From: an uncultured Actinomycetota bacterium
GTDB lineage: Bacteria > Actinomycetota > Actinomycetes > Prado026
DNA: 64,000 bases
Direction: 5' to 3'
NCBI GenBank assembly: GCA_963819215.1
Contig: CAWFVK010000003.1
Span: forward strand, 138,062 to 202,061
The first letter of the stretch is position 1; each line of letters begins with the position of its first letter. Made by a program: the position numbers and the translations under genes. Below the pieces are notes generated by a model, which saw only the letters and a program-made list of their open reading frames with translations, did not search any database and was not told the DNA's origin. This document shows positions 9,432-26,884 of the stretch, in pieces.

Positions 9432-9503
9432 AGCATCAGCACCACGTGGGAGGGCCAAGCGCTGGCCCGCCGACCACGACTTCGCTCACAACCAGGAGGA
9501 CCC

Positions 9504-10223
9504 ATGAAGCGCAGCAAGGCCTACAACGCCGCCGCGGCGAAGATCGACCAGGACACCCTCTACAGCCCGTTGGCTGCCGTCCGGCTCGCCAAGGAGACGT
9601 CGACCACGAAGTACGACGGCTCGGTCGAGGTCGCGATGCGGCTCGGTGTCGACCCCCGCAAGGCCGACCAGATGGTCCGCGGCACCGTCAACCTGCCGCA
9701 CGGCACCGGCAAGACCGCCCGCGTCCTCGTCTTCGCGACCGGCGACCGCGCCGAGGAAGCCAAGGCGGCCGGCGCCGACATCGTCGGTTCGGACGAGCTC
9801 ATCGCCGAGGTCGAGAAGGGGCGGCTGGACTTCGACGCCGTCGTCTCGACGCCCGAGCTCATGGGCAAGGTCGGTCGTCTCGGCCGTGTCCTCGGTCCGC
9901 GTGGTCTCATGCCGAACCCGAAGACCGGCACAGTGACCACCGACGTCGCCAAGGCCGTCACCGAGATCAAGGGCGGCAAGATCGAGTTCCGGGTCGACCG
10001 GCACGCGAACCTGCACCTCATCATCGGCAAGGTCTCCTTCGACGAGGGCCAGCTGGTCGAGAACTACGCGGCCGCGCTCGACGAGGTCCTGCGGCTCAAG
10101 CCGTCCGCCTCCAAGGGCCGCTACGTCAAGAAGGTCGTCGTGACCACCACGATGGGCCCCAGCGTCCCCGTCGATCCAGCACGTACCCGCAACCTGCTCG
10201 TCGACGAGAACGTCGACGCCTGA
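9504..10223 (+). CDS. rplA: 50S ribosomal protein L1
   Basis: [22 protein letters not shown]...[19 protein letters not shown]...[15 protein letters not shown]. Confidence 0.95.
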   Translation: MKRSKAYNAAAAKIDQDTLYSPLAAVRLAKETSTTKYDGSVEVAMRLGVDPRKADQMVRGTVNLPHGTGKTARVLVFATGDRAEEAKAAGADIVGSDELIAEVEKGRLDFDAVVSTPELMGKVGRLGRVLGPRGLMPNPKTGTVTTDVAKAVTEIKGGKIEFRVDRHANLHLIIGKVSFDEGQLVENYAAALDEVLRLKPSASKGRYVKKVVVTTTMGPSVPVDPARTRNLLVDENVDA

Positions 10224-10266
10224 GCAGCAGGCGCTCACGAGGCGCCGTGCGGACAGCACGTCAGGC

Positions 10267-10306
10267 GCTTCCTGGCACGCGGTGATTTGGTCGCCTGCCA
10301 GGAAGC
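10267..10306 (+). terminator. stem-loop after rplA (candidate rplKA terminator or 5' edge of the rplJ leader)
   Basis: GCTTCCTGGCA...TGCCAGGAAGC is an 11-bp perfect stem plus 3 inner pairs, 44 nt after the rplA stop. Confidence 0.4.
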
Positions 10307-10546
10307 ACCTACCCTTTGAGCTGAGCCACAGACCGTCGGTCGCCGTCGGAGCCCGAACCTGAGCACCTCCCAGGTCGAGCCCTGACGGTCGAAGGTCCCG
10401 CCGCAGGCGGGCGACCCACGCAGGTGTCCGAGTCCGACCGCCCTTTCGTGGCGGTCCGCCCCGTGCGCCTCGCGCCGGGGCGTTCTGCATGTCAGGGGCC
10501 GTCCGAGGCACCAGAGAGCGTCCGATCCAGCATCAAGTCGCTGCAC

Positions 10547-10593
10547 TCCAGAGCGTCGTTGCAATCCAGAGCGTCGTTGCAATCCAGAGCGTT
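10547..10593 (+). repeat. 2.6 tandem copies of an 18-nt unit (TCCAGAGCGTCGTTGCAA) abutting the rplJ Shine-Dalgarno
   Basis: Copies at 10547-10564 and 10565-10582 are identical, with a partial copy at 10583-10593, followed directly by AAGGAAGGAGG and ATG 10608. Confidence 0.85.
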
Positions 10594-10607
10594 AAGGAAG
10601 GAGGCCC

Positions 10608-11300
10608 ATGGCAAGGCCAGACAAGACCGCTGCAGTAGCCGAGCTCACCGACGGCTTTCGCAGCTCGAACGCGGTGGTCCTGACCGAGTACCGCGGGCTG
10701 ACCGTCGCGCAGATGAAGACCCTGCGCACCACGTTGGGCGAGCACGTCACCTACTCGGTCGTGAAGAACACCCTGACCAAGATCGCTGCCCGCGAGGCGT
10801 CGGTCGAGGGTCTGGACGACCTCCTTGCTGGTCCCTCCGCGATCGCCTTCGTCAAGGGCGACCCGGTCGAGGCCGCCAAGGGCCTGCGTGACTTCGCCAA
10901 GGCCAACCCGTTCCTGATCATCAAGGGCGGAGTGATGGACGGCCGTCCGCTGACCGCGGACGACATCAAGAAGCTCGCCGACCTCGAGTCGCGCGAGGTT
11001 CTCCTCGCCAAGCTCGCCGGCGCGATGAAGGCGTCCCTGTCCGGTGCCGTCTCGCTGTTCGCGGCACCGCTCGCGCAGACCGCTCGTCTCGTCGAGGCGT
11101 TGCGGGTCAAGGCGGAGCAGGACCCCTCGGTGCTTCGTGGCGGTGCCGGCACGCCGGCCGCGGCGGACGTCGTCGAGGCTCCGCCCGAGGCACCTGTCGA
11201 CGCTCCGGCTGAGGCCGCCGAGGCATCCGCTGAGGCTCCGGCCGAGGCATCCGCTGAGGCAGCCGAGGCACCCGAGGCAGCCGAGACCACCGAGGCCTGA
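10608..11300 (+). CDS. rplJ: 50S ribosomal protein L10 with an Ala/Glu/Pro-rich C-terminal tail of about 50 aa
   Basis: [40 protein letters not shown]. The tail reads [41 protein letters not shown]. Confidence 0.95.
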   Translation: MARPDKTAAVAELTDGFRSSNAVVLTEYRGLTVAQMKTLRTTLGEHVTYSVVKNTLTKIAAREASVEGLDDLLAGPSAIAFVKGDPVEAAKGLRDFAKANPFLIIKGGVMDGRPLTADDIKKLADLESREVLLAKLAGAMKASLSGAVSLFAAPLAQTARLVEALRVKAEQDPSVLRGGAGTPAAADVVEAPPEAPVDAPAEAAEASAEAPAEASAEAAEAPEAAETTEA

Positions 11301-11386
11301 CACCTCACCCGCACTGCCCGCACCAACCAACCCAGCCAGCTCCGAGCCGCCAGGCCCGGGCACATCCACCGGAAGGACCGCCGACC

Positions 11387-11776
11387 ATGGCGAAGCTCAG
11401 CACCGACGAGCTCCTTGAGCAGTTCAAGGAGATGACCCTGATCGAGCTCAGCGAGTTCGTGAAGCAGTTCGAGGACACCTTCGGCGTCACCGCGGCGGCT
11501 CCCGTCGCCGTCGCAGTCGGTGGCGGCGCCGGCGCCGCAGCGCCGGTCGAGGAGGCCGAGGCTCAGGACGAGTTCGACGTCGTCCTCGAGGCCGCCGGTG
11601 ACAAGAAGATCCAGGTCATCAAGGAGGTCCGCACGCTCACGAGCCTGGGCCTCAAGGAGGCCAAGGACCTCGTGGACGGCACCCCGGCCACGGTCCTGGA
11701 GAAGGTCAACAAGGAGGCCGCCGACAAGGCGAAGGCCGCCCTTGAGGGTGCCGGCGCGACGGTCACCGTCAAGTAG
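11387..11776 (+). CDS. rplL: 50S ribosomal protein L7/L12
   Basis: [34 protein letters not shown]...[25 protein letters not shown]. Confidence 0.95.
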   Translation: MAKLSTDELLEQFKEMTLIELSEFVKQFEDTFGVTAAAPVAVAVGGGAGAAAPVEEAEAQDEFDVVLEAAGDKKIQVIKEVRTLTSLGLKEAKDLVDGTPATVLEKVNKEAADKAKAALEGAGATVTVK

Positions 11777-11826
11777 CACCGTCCAGCCGCACCACTCGCA
11801 GCACCGTCGAGCACCGCTCGGCCCGC

Positions 11827-11858
11827 CGTGGCGGTCACCCTTCGGGGTGGCCGCCACG
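11827..11858 (+). terminator. rplL-rpoB intergenic stem-loop (partial terminator/attenuator position)
   Basis: CGTGGCGGTCACCC-TTCG-GGGTGGCCGCCACG is a 14-bp stem (one G-U) closed by a UUCG tetraloop, 50 nt after the rplL stop. Confidence 0.55.
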
Positions 11859-12132
11859 ACGCATGTCCTGGCCGTCTCCACTGATGACGTGTCCGTTTCC
11901 ACCCCTTCTGCCCCACTCTGGATGGGCACAGAAGCACAACCAATCGGCCGAACACGGCCATTCGTCCTTGACGCTGGGCGCCTGGCAGGTCATCCTCGCC
12001 GGGAACGAACTGAACGCGGACGAGGGCCGAGAAGGTCCCTAGCCACGGACGGCAGCGTTGATCGAGCTGGTCGGAGGATCGCAAGCCTCCCCGGGCGCCA
12101 CGGCGGCCGGGTGGCAGGCAGCGACCTCCCGC

Positions 12133-12161
12133 TCGACAGCGGCGTACCTAAAAGGTATGCT
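12133..12161 (+). promoter_or_regulatory. candidate sigma-70-type promoter for rpoBC
   Basis: TCGACA-17 nt-TATGCT (-10 fits TANNNT). The spacer contains the AT-rich palindrome TACCT-AAA-AGGTA (12145-12157). It lies about 100 nt upstream of the rpoB start. Confidence 0.35.
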
Positions 12162-12258
12162 GCTTCTTTGCGCTGCCTGACTTTGCCCCGCGGTACTCGC
12201 CGTGGGTCGTCTGGCATGCGCGCACCGTGCCAGCGTTCCTCGGAAGGAAGCCATCATC

Positions 12259-15747
<3,489 letters not shown>

Positions 15748-15849
15748 GGGTCCACCGGTTCGCCGGGGTGAGAGGCCAGCGGCCGCAGCCCCGGCAGCCG
15801 GAGCCCAGACGGCCATTTGTGAAGACACGACCGAAAGACAGGTAACCAA

Positions 15850-19726
<3,877 letters not shown>

Positions 19727-19752
19727 AAGCCGAGTCGTCCCTGCTCGAGAGC

Positions 19753-19781
19753 CGTGGGCTCCGGCACGCCCGGAGCCCACG
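19753..19781 (+). terminator. stem-loop after rpoC, followed by a short T run
   Basis: CGTGGGCTCCGG-cacgc-CCGGAGCCCACG is a 12-bp perfect stem 27 nt after the rpoC stop, with TTTT at 19792-19795. Confidence 0.55.
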
Positions 19782-19793
19782 ACTCGCCCGCTT

Positions 19794-19822
19794 TTGACCT
19801 GCGCGAACTGCGTGGGTAATCT
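19794..19822 (+). promoter_or_regulatory. candidate sigma-70-type promoter of the str operon (rpsL-rpsG-fusA-tuf)
   Basis: TTGACC-17 nt-TAATCT read directly. About 350 nt upstream of the rpsL start, implying a long leader. Confidence 0.5.
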
Positions 19823-19962
19823 TTTGGCTCGTGCCTGGGAGTTCCCGGGTCTGTTTGCGTGCTTGTTGCCTGTGATCGTCGTGCGCGCGCCGAGTGTGCG
19901 CCGCGGCCTCCCGCTCCCAGCCTCCTCGGGTTCGCGCCCGTGGACTCCGCTGGGTAAAGGGA

Positions 19963-19987
19963 GCGACACACCCGACCCCGTGGGTCG
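19963..19987 (+). promoter_or_regulatory. 25-nt leader box, copy A (GCGACACACCCGACCCCGTGGGTCG)
   Basis: 24/25 identical to 24703-24727. Contains the hairpin CGACCC-CGT-GGGTCG. Lies 186 nt upstream of rpsL. Confidence 0.5.
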
Positions 19988-20172
19988 CGGGTCTGGTTAC
20001 TCGTCCAAGCCGCTCGCTCGCGCTCGACCAGCAGGGCCCAGCACCACCACGTTCGACCAGGCTCGAATCTGTTCAGCAGCACGTCCTGCACCACCGAGTA
20101 CCGCCTGCACCACTGCAGGCCGCACGACCAACCGGTACGTCAAACGAACTTCGCACGGATAACGGAGACGCG

Positions 20173-20547
20173 GTGCCCACGATCCAGCAGCTGGTCCGCA
20201 AGGGCCGGCAGGACAAGGTCGGGAAGACCAAGACCCCGGCGCTCAAGGGGAGCCCGCAGCGTCGCGGCGTCTGCACCCGCGTCTACACGACCACCCCGAA
20301 GAAGCCGAACTCGGCCCTTCGCAAGGTCGCCCGCGTGCGCCTGTCCAGCGGCATCGAGGTCACGGCCTACATCCCCGGCGTCGGCCACAACCTCCAGGAG
20401 CACTCGATCGTGCTCGTGCGCGGCGGCCGGGTGAAGGACCTCCCCGGCGTCCGCTACAAGATCATCCGCGGCGCGCTCGACACCCAGGGCGTCAAGAACC
20501 GCAAGCAGGCCCGCAGCCGTTACGGCGCGAAGAAGGAGAAGAGCTAA
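20173..20547 (+). CDS. rpsL: 30S ribosomal protein S12
   Basis: GTG 20173 after [58 protein letters not shown]. Confidence 0.95.
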   Translation: MPTIQQLVRKGRQDKVGKTKTPALKGSPQRRGVCTRVYTTTPKKPNSALRKVARVRLSSGIEVTAYIPGVGHNLQEHSIVLVRGGRVKDLPGVRYKIIRGALDTQGVKNRKQARSRYGAKKEKS

Positions 20548-21017
20548 TGCCCCGCAAGGGCCCAGCCCCGAAGCACCCGGTCGTCGTCGACCCGGTCTAC
20601 AACAGCCCGCTCGTGACCGCCCTGGTCAACAAGGTCCTGCCGGACGGCAAGAAGTCCACCGCCGAGCGCATCGTCTACGGCGCGCTCGAGGGCTGCCGCG
20701 ACAAGACCGGCACCGACCCGGTCGTCACGCTCAAGCGCGCGCTGGACAACGTCAAGCCGACCCTCGAGGTCAAGAGCCGCCGCGTCGGTGGCGCCACCTA
20801 CCAGGTGCCGGTCGAGGTCAAGCCGGGTCGCAGCACCACGCTGGCGCTGCGCTGGCTCACCACCTACTCCCGCTCGCGTCGTGAGAAGACCATGACCGAG
20901 CGCCTGATGAACGAGATCCTCGACGCCTCCAACGGCCTCGGCGCCAGCGTCAAGCGTCGCGAGGACATGCACAAGATGGCCGAGTCCAACAAGGCCTTCG
21001 CGCACTACCGCTGGTAG
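20547..21017 (+). CDS. rpsG: 30S ribosomal protein S7
   Basis: [47 protein letters not shown]. Confidence 0.95.
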   Translation: MPRKGPAPKHPVVVDPVYNSPLVTALVNKVLPDGKKSTAERIVYGALEGCRDKTGTDPVVTLKRALDNVKPTLEVKSRRVGGATYQVPVEVKPGRSTTLALRWLTTYSRSRREKTMTERLMNEILDASNGLGASVKRREDMHKMAESNKAFAHYRW

Positions 21018-21098
21018 CCGCACCCGGTTCCGGCAGACAGCTGCCGGAGCCGACGCCCCGCAGCTGTTCCACCCCTGAGAGTGAGAGAAGAAGCTTCC

Positions 21099-23203
21099 GT
21101 GTCCATCGGCACCGACACCGGCCTGGCCCTGGTCCGCAACATCGGGATCATGGCTCACATCGACGCGGGCAAGACCACGACGACTGAGCGGATCCTCTTC
21201 TACACGGGCATCAACTACAAGATCGGCGAGGTCCACGAGGGCGCCGCCACGATGGACTGGATGCCGCAGGAGCAGGAGCGCGGCATCACCATCACGTCCG
21301 CCGCGACCACCTGCGAGTGGGACGGCCACACGATCAACATCATCGACACCCCAGGCCACGTCGACTTCACGGTCGAGGTCGAGCGCTCGCTGCGCGTGCT
21401 CGACGGCGCGGTCGCGGTGTTCGACGGCGTCGCCGGCGTCGAGCCCCAGTCCGAGACGGTCTGGCGTCAGGCCGACCGCTACTCGGTGCCCGCGCATCTG
21501 CTTCGTCAACAAGCTCGACCGCGTCGGCGCGGAGTTCCACCGCTGCGTCGAGATGATCGTCACGCGGCTGAACGCCGTCCCGCTGGTCCTGCAGATCCCG
21601 ATCGGCGCCGAGGGCGACTTCACCGGCCTCGTCGACCTCGTGGCCATGAAGGCCCTCATCTGGTCGCCGGAGGCCGAGAAGGGCGAGATGTACGACACCG
21701 TCGACATCCCCGCGACCCACACCGAGGCCGCCGCGTGAGTGGCGTGACCGGCTCCTCGAGACCATCGCCGAGGCTGACGACGAGATGATGGAGCTGTACC
21801 TCGAGGGCAAGGAGCCCACCGAGGAGGCCCTCATCGCGGCGATCCGGCGCGCGACGATCGCGGCGAAGCTCAACCCGGTCCTGGCCGGCTCGGCGTTCAA
21901 GAACAAGGGCGTCCAGCCCATGCTCGACGCCGTCGTCCGCTACCTCCCGTCGCCGCTCGACATCGACGCCATCGCCGGCCACGCCGTCGGCGACGAGAGC
22001 GTCTCGATCCCGCGGCAGCCGAGCGAGGACGAGCCGTTCTCCGCGCTCGCGTTCAAGATCATGAGCGACCCGCACCTCGGCAAGCTCACCTACATCCGCC
22101 TCTACTCCGGCGTGCTCGAGACCGGGACCCAGGTCCTGAACAGCACCAAGGGCAAGAAGGAGCGGATCGGCAAGATCTACCAGATGCACGCGAACAAGCG
22201 CGAGGAGATCCCCCGCGTGGGCGCCGGCCACATCGTCGCCGTCATGGGTCTCAAGGACACGACGACCGGTGACACCCTGTGCGACTCCGGGTCGCCGGTG
22301 GTCCTCGAGTCGATGACCTTCCCCGCCCCCGTCATCCACGTCGCGATCGAGCCGAAGACCAAGAGCGACCAGGAGAAGCTCGGCACCGCCATCCAGCGGC
22401 TGTCCGAGGAGGACCCGACGTTCCAGGTCCGCACCGACGAGGAGACCGGCCAGACCATCATCGCCGGCATGGGCGAGCTCCACCTCGACGTCCTGGTCGA
22501 CCGCATGCGTCGCGAGTTCAACGTCGAGGCGAACGTCGGAAAGCCGCAGGTGGCCTACCGCGAGACGATCACCAAGAAGGTCGAGAAGGTCGAGTACACC
22601 CACAAGAAGCAGACCGGTGGGTCCGGCCAGTACGCCCGCGTGATCATCTCCATCGAGCCCAGTGGCGGCGAGGTCGAGGGCGGCTACGAGTTCGTCAACA
22701 AGGTCAGCGGCGGCCGCATCCCGCGGGAGTACATCCCGTCGGTGGACGCCGGCTGCCAGGACGCCATGGAGTACGGCGTCGTGGCCGGGTACCCGCTCGT
22801 CGGGGTCAAGGTGACCCTGCTGGACGGCCAGTACCACGACGTCGACTCGTCCGAGCTCGCCTTCAAGATCGCCGGCTCCATGGCGTTCAAGGACGGCGCA
22901 CGCAAGGCCGGCCCCGTCCTCATGGAGCCCCTGATGTCCGTCGAGGTCACCACCCCCGACGACTTCATGGGTGAGGTGATCGGCGACCTCAACAGCCGCC
23001 GTGGCCAGATCCAGGCGATGGACGAGCGTTCCGGCTCACGTATCGTGACCGCGCTCGTGCCGCTGTCGGAGATGTTCGGCTACGTCGGGGACCTCCGCAG
23101 CAAGACCCAGGGTCGGGCGAGCTACTCGATGCAGTTCGACTCCTACGCCCAGGTCCCGCAGAATGTCGCACTGGAGATCATCGCCAAGGCGCGCGGCGAG
23201 TAG
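21099..23203 (+). pseudogene. fusA: elongation factor G, two +1 frame breaks (about 21490 and about 21737)
   Basis: [26 protein letters not shown]...[23 protein letters not shown] (ORF 21081..21788), [23 protein letters not shown] (ORF 21553..21738), [14 protein letters not shown]...[16 protein letters not shown]...(ORF 21785..23203). Start is GTG 21099 or 21081. Confidence 0.92.
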
Positions 23204-23313
23204 CACCGAACGGCCAGCACCACACGCACCACGCACGAGCACCACCGAGACAGCCAAAAAACCGAACCGGTACTACCCGTCGACGGCGTACCAACCAGCT
23301 TGGAGGATCCCCA

Positions 23314-24507
23314 GTGGCGAAGGCGAAGTTCGAGCGGAACAAGCCGCACGTCAACATCGGCACCATCGGTCACATCGACCACGGGAAGACGACGCTGACG
23401 GCGGCCATCACCAAGGTTCTGCACGACAAGTACCCGGACGTGAACCCGTTCACCCCGTTCGACCAGATCGACAAGGCTCCTGAGGAGCGTCAGCGCGGTA
23501 TCACCATCTCGATCGCGCACGTCGAGTACCAGACCGAGGCGCGTCACTACGCCCACGTCGACTGCCCTGGTCACGCGGACTACATCAAGAACATGATCAC
23601 CGGTGCCGCGCAGATGGACGGCGCGATCCTCGTGGTCGCCGCCACCGACGGCCCGATGCCGCAGACGAAGGAGCACGTCCTCCTGGCCCGCCAGGTCGGC
23701 GTCCCGTCGATCGTCGTCGCGCTCAACAAGTGCGACATGGTCGACGACGAGGAGATCCTGGAGCTCGTCGAGCTCGAGGTCCGCGAGCTCCTCAGCACCT
23801 ACGAGTACGACGGCGACAACATCCCCGTCGTGCGGGTCGCTGCCTTCCCGGCGCTCTCGGGCGACGAGAAGTGGGCCGAATCGATCATGGAGCTCATGAG
23901 CGCAGTCGACACCGCGATCCCCACCCCGGTCCGCGAGACCGAGAAGCCGTTCCTCATGCCCATCGAGGACGTCTTCACCATCACGGGTCGTGGCACGGTC
24001 GTCACCGGCCGGATCGAGCGCGGCATCGTCAAGGTCAACGAGACGGTCGACATCGTCGGCATCAAGGAGACCAAGCAGACCACCACGGTCACCGGCGTCG
24101 AGATGTTCCGCAAGCTCCTCGACGAGGGCCAGGCCGGCGAGAACGTCGGGCTGCTCCTCCGTGGCACCAAGCGCGAGGACGTCGAGCGCGGCCAGGTCGT
24201 CGTCAAGCCGGGCTCCATCACCCCGCACACCGAGTTCGAGGCGCAGGTCTACATCCTGTCCAAGGACGAGGGCGGCCGGCACACGCCGTTCTTCGACAAC
24301 TACCGCCCGCAGTTCTACTTCCGGACCACGGACGTCACCGGGGTCGTCAAGCTCCCCGAGGGCACCGAGATGGTCATGCCCGGTGACAACACCGAGATGT
24401 CCGTCAGCCTGATCCAGCCGATCGCCATGGAGGAGGGCCTGCGCTTCGCCATCCGCGAGGGCAGCCGCACCGTGGGTGCCGGCCGGGTCACCAAGATCCA
24501 GAAGTAG
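23314..24507 (+). CDS. tuf: elongation factor Tu
   Basis: Intact 397 aa: [32 protein letters not shown]...[26 protein letters not shown]. Confidence 0.97.
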   Translation: MAKAKFERNKPHVNIGTIGHIDHGKTTLTAAITKVLHDKYPDVNPFTPFDQIDKAPEERQRGITISIAHVEYQTEARHYAHVDCPGHADYIKNMITGAAQMDGAILVVAATDGPMPQTKEHVLLARQVGVPSIVVALNKCDMVDDEEILELVELEVRELLSTYEYDGDNIPVVRVAAFPALSGDEKWAESIMELMSAVDTAIPTPVRETEKPFLMPIEDVFTITGRGTVVTGRIERGIVKVNETVDIVGIKETKQTTTVTGVEMFRKLLDEGQAGENVGLLLRGTKREDVERGQVVVKPGSITPHTEFEAQVYILSKDEGGRHTPFFDNYRPQFYFRTTDVTGVVKLPEGTEMVMPGDNTEMSVSLIQPIAMEEGLRFAIREGSRTVGAGRVTKIQK

Positions 24508-24585
24508 TACCTGCACCCCCTGCACGCCCGCACGATTTCCGGTTGCCGTGCCCCGTACGGCATACTTGGAAAGTTGCTTGCTTGA

Positions 24586-24629
24586 CCGGCGGCCAGGCCT
24601 CAGAGATCTCTGAGCGCCTGGCCGGCCGG
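24586..24629 (+). terminator. long imperfect stem-loop after tuf
   Basis: CCGGCGGCCAGGCCTCAGA-gatc-TCTGAG(cg)CCTGGCCG(g)CCGG is about 19 pairs with two small bulges, 79 nt after the tuf stop. No U-tract. Confidence 0.4.
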
Positions 24630-24702
24630 ATCAGGCTCCCGGTCGCTGCATCAGCCGGGCACCCCGAAGTCCTCGTCCGCACCGGTGAGAGCCGGAACGG
24701 GT

Positions 24703-24727
24703 GCGACACGCCCGACCCCGTGGGTCG
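24703..24727 (+). promoter_or_regulatory. 25-nt leader box, copy B (GCGACACGCCCGACCCCGTGGGTCG)
   Basis: 24/25 identical to 19963-19987, same orientation, 61 nt upstream of the rpsJ ATG. Confidence 0.5.
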
Positions 24728-24787
24728 GCGCAGCTCCGCAGCGCGACCTCCAGACAGCCGCACCAGAGTGAAGGAAACCAAGCCACC

Positions 24788-25096
24788 ATGGCGGGACAGA
24801 AGATCCGCATCCGGCTCAAGGCCTACGACCACGAGGTCATCGACAGCTCGGCGCGCAAGATCGTCGAGACGGTGACGCGTACGGGTGCGCAGGTCGCTGG
24901 CCCGGTGCCGCTGCCGACGGAGAAGAACATCTACTGCGTGATCCGCTCGCCGCACAAGTACAAGGACAGCCGCGAGCACTTCGAGATGCGCACGCACAAG
25001 CGGCTCATCGACATCCTCGATCCCACGCCGAAGACGGTCGACTCGCTCATGCGACTCGACCTCCCGGCCGGGGTCGACATCGAGATCAAGCTCTGA
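24788..25096 (+). CDS. rpsJ: 30S ribosomal protein S10
   Basis: ATG 24788 after [54 protein letters not shown]. Confidence 0.95.
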   Translation: MAGQKIRIRLKAYDHEVIDSSARKIVETVTRTGAQVAGPVPLPTEKNIYCVIRSPHKYKDSREHFEMRTHKRLIDILDPTPKTVDSLMRLDLPAGVDIEIKL

Positions 25097-25125
25097 GCTT
25101 CGAGACCCGAGGGACGACTCTTACC

Positions 25126-25824
25126 ATGAGCTACAACAGTGCCATCGAGGCCGCCGAGGCCGCACGGGCGAGGCGCGGCGCCAGCCGTGTCGTCACCGGG
25201 CTGCTCGGCGAGAAGCTCGGCATGACGCAGGTCTGGGACGCGAACAACAAGCTCGTGCCCGTCACCGTGGTCAAGGCCGGCCCGTGCGTCGTCACCCAGG
25301 TCCGCACGCCTGAGGCCGACGGCTACTCGGCCGTCCAGATCGCGTTCGGCGCGATCGACCCCCGCAAGGTGAACAAGCCCGCTGCCGGGCACTTCGAGAA
25401 GGCCGGCGTGACTCCCCGCCGCCACCTCGTCGAGCTCCGCACGGAGAACGCCGCCGAGTTCACGCTCGGGCAGGAGATCACGGCCGAGGTCTTCGCCGCC
25501 GGCCAGGAGATCGACGTCACGGGCACGACCCGCGGCAAGGGCTTCGCCGGTGTCATGAAGCGCCACGGCTTCCACGGCGTCGGCGCCTCGCACGGTGCCC
25601 ACCGCAACCACCGCAAGCCCGGTTCGATCGGCGGCTGCGCCACCCCCGGCCGGGTGTTCAAGGGCATGAAGATGGCCGGCCGCATGGGTCACGAGCGCCA
25701 GACCACCCAGGGGCTCACCGTGCACGGCATCGACGCCACGAACGGCCTGATCCTGATCAAGGGCGCCGTTCCGGGCCCCAAGGGCGGCCTCGTGCTCGTC
25801 CGCTCCGCAGTGAAGGGCAAGTGA
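25126..25824 (+). CDS. rplC: 50S ribosomal protein L3
   Basis: [36 protein letters not shown]...[13 protein letters not shown]. Confidence 0.95.
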   Translation: MSYNSAIEAAEAARARRGASRVVTGLLGEKLGMTQVWDANNKLVPVTVVKAGPCVVTQVRTPEADGYSAVQIAFGAIDPRKVNKPAAGHFEKAGVTPRRHLVELRTENAAEFTLGQEITAEVFAAGQEIDVTGTTRGKGFAGVMKRHGFHGVGASHGAHRNHRKPGSIGGCATPGRVFKGMKMAGRMGHERQTTQGLTVHGIDATNGLILIKGAVPGPKGGLVLVRSAVKGK

Positions 25825-26555
25825 CTTCCATGAGCACCGTTGACGTCATCACCCCCGCCGGCGAGAAGTCCGGAACCACCGAGCTCCCTGACGCCGTCTT
25901 CGACGTCCAGGTCAACGTCCCGCTGCTGCACCAGGTGGTCGTCGGCCAGCTCGCCGCCGCCCGCCAGGGCACCGCGTCCACCAAGACCCGCGGCGAGGTT
26001 CGCGGCGGTGGCCGCAAGCCCTACAAGCAGAAGGGCACCGGCCGCGCCCGTCAGGGCTCGACGCGTGCGCCCCAGTTCGTCGGCGGTGGCGTCGTGCACG
26101 GCCCGCAGCCTCGCTCGTACGACCAGCGCACCCCCAAGAAGATGAAGGCCGCCGCCCTGCGTGGCGCCCTGTCGGACCGCGCCCGCTCCGGTCGCGTCCA
26201 CGTCGTCACTGCACTGGTCGAGGGCGACACCCCGTCGACCAAGAGCGCGATCGGCATCCTCGCCCGGCTGTCCGACCGGCCGCACGTTCTGGTTGTCGTC
26301 GAGCGCACCGACGCCGTGTCGTGGAAGAGCCTGCGCAACGTCGAGCGCGTCCACCTCATCGCGCCGGACCAGCTCAACACCTACGACGTCCTGGTCTCCG
26401 ACGACGTCGTCTTCACCTCGAGCGCGCTGTCGGCGTTCCTGGCCGGTCCGGCCAAGGGCAAGGGCGCTAAGGCTGTGGCCACGGAGTCCGAGGTCGTCGC
26501 GTCCGAGGTCGTCGAGCCCGAGACCGCACCGACCACTGAAGGGGCCGAGCTGTGA
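25821..26555 (+). CDS. rplD: 50S ribosomal protein L4 (alternative start ATG 25830)
   Basis: [24 protein letters not shown]...[35 protein letters not shown]. Confidence 0.93.
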   Translation: MTSMSTVDVITPAGEKSGTTELPDAVFDVQVNVPLLHQVVVGQLAAARQGTASTKTRGEVRGGGRKPYKQKGTGRARQGSTRAPQFVGGGVVHGPQPRSYDQRTPKKMKAAALRGALSDRARSGRVHVVTALVEGDTPSTKSAIGILARLSDRPHVLVVVERTDAVSWKSLRNVERVHLIAPDQLNTYDVLVSDDVVFTSSALSAFLAGPAKGKGAKAVATESEVVASEVVEPETAPTTEGAEL

Positions 26556-26851
26556 AGATCGCGGACCCGCGGGACATCCTCCTCGCGCCAGTCATCTCGG
26601 AGAAGAGCTACGGCCTTCTCGACGAGAACAAGTACACGTTCCTCGTCCGCACGGACGCCAACAAGACCCAGATCAAGATCGCGGTCGAGCAGGTGTTCCA
26701 GGTCAAGGTCACGGGCGTGAACACGATCAACCGTCAGGGCAAGCGGAAGCGCACCCGCGTGGGCTTCGGCAAGCGTCCCGACACCAAGCGTGCCGTGGTG
26801 AGTGTTGCCGACGGCCAGCGCATCGACATTTTCGGCGGTCCGGTCTCCTAA
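26552..26851 (+). CDS. rplW: 50S ribosomal protein L23
   Basis: [49 protein letters not shown]. Confidence 0.95.
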   Translation: MKIADPRDILLAPVISEKSYGLLDENKYTFLVRTDANKTQIKIAVEQVFQVKVTGVNTINRQGKRKRTRVGFGKRPDTKRAVVSVADGQRIDIFGGPVS

Positions 26852-26884
26852 CCGGGACCGCAGAGCTCAGAAGGACTCGAACAC

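Noticed and set aside
12200-12209. A third, partial copy (CCGTGGGTCG) of the rpsL/rpsJ leader box in the rpoB leader
   Set aside because: Only 10 nt match and the 5' half of the hairpin is missing. A 10-mer match in 64 kb of GC-rich DNA is within chance expectation.
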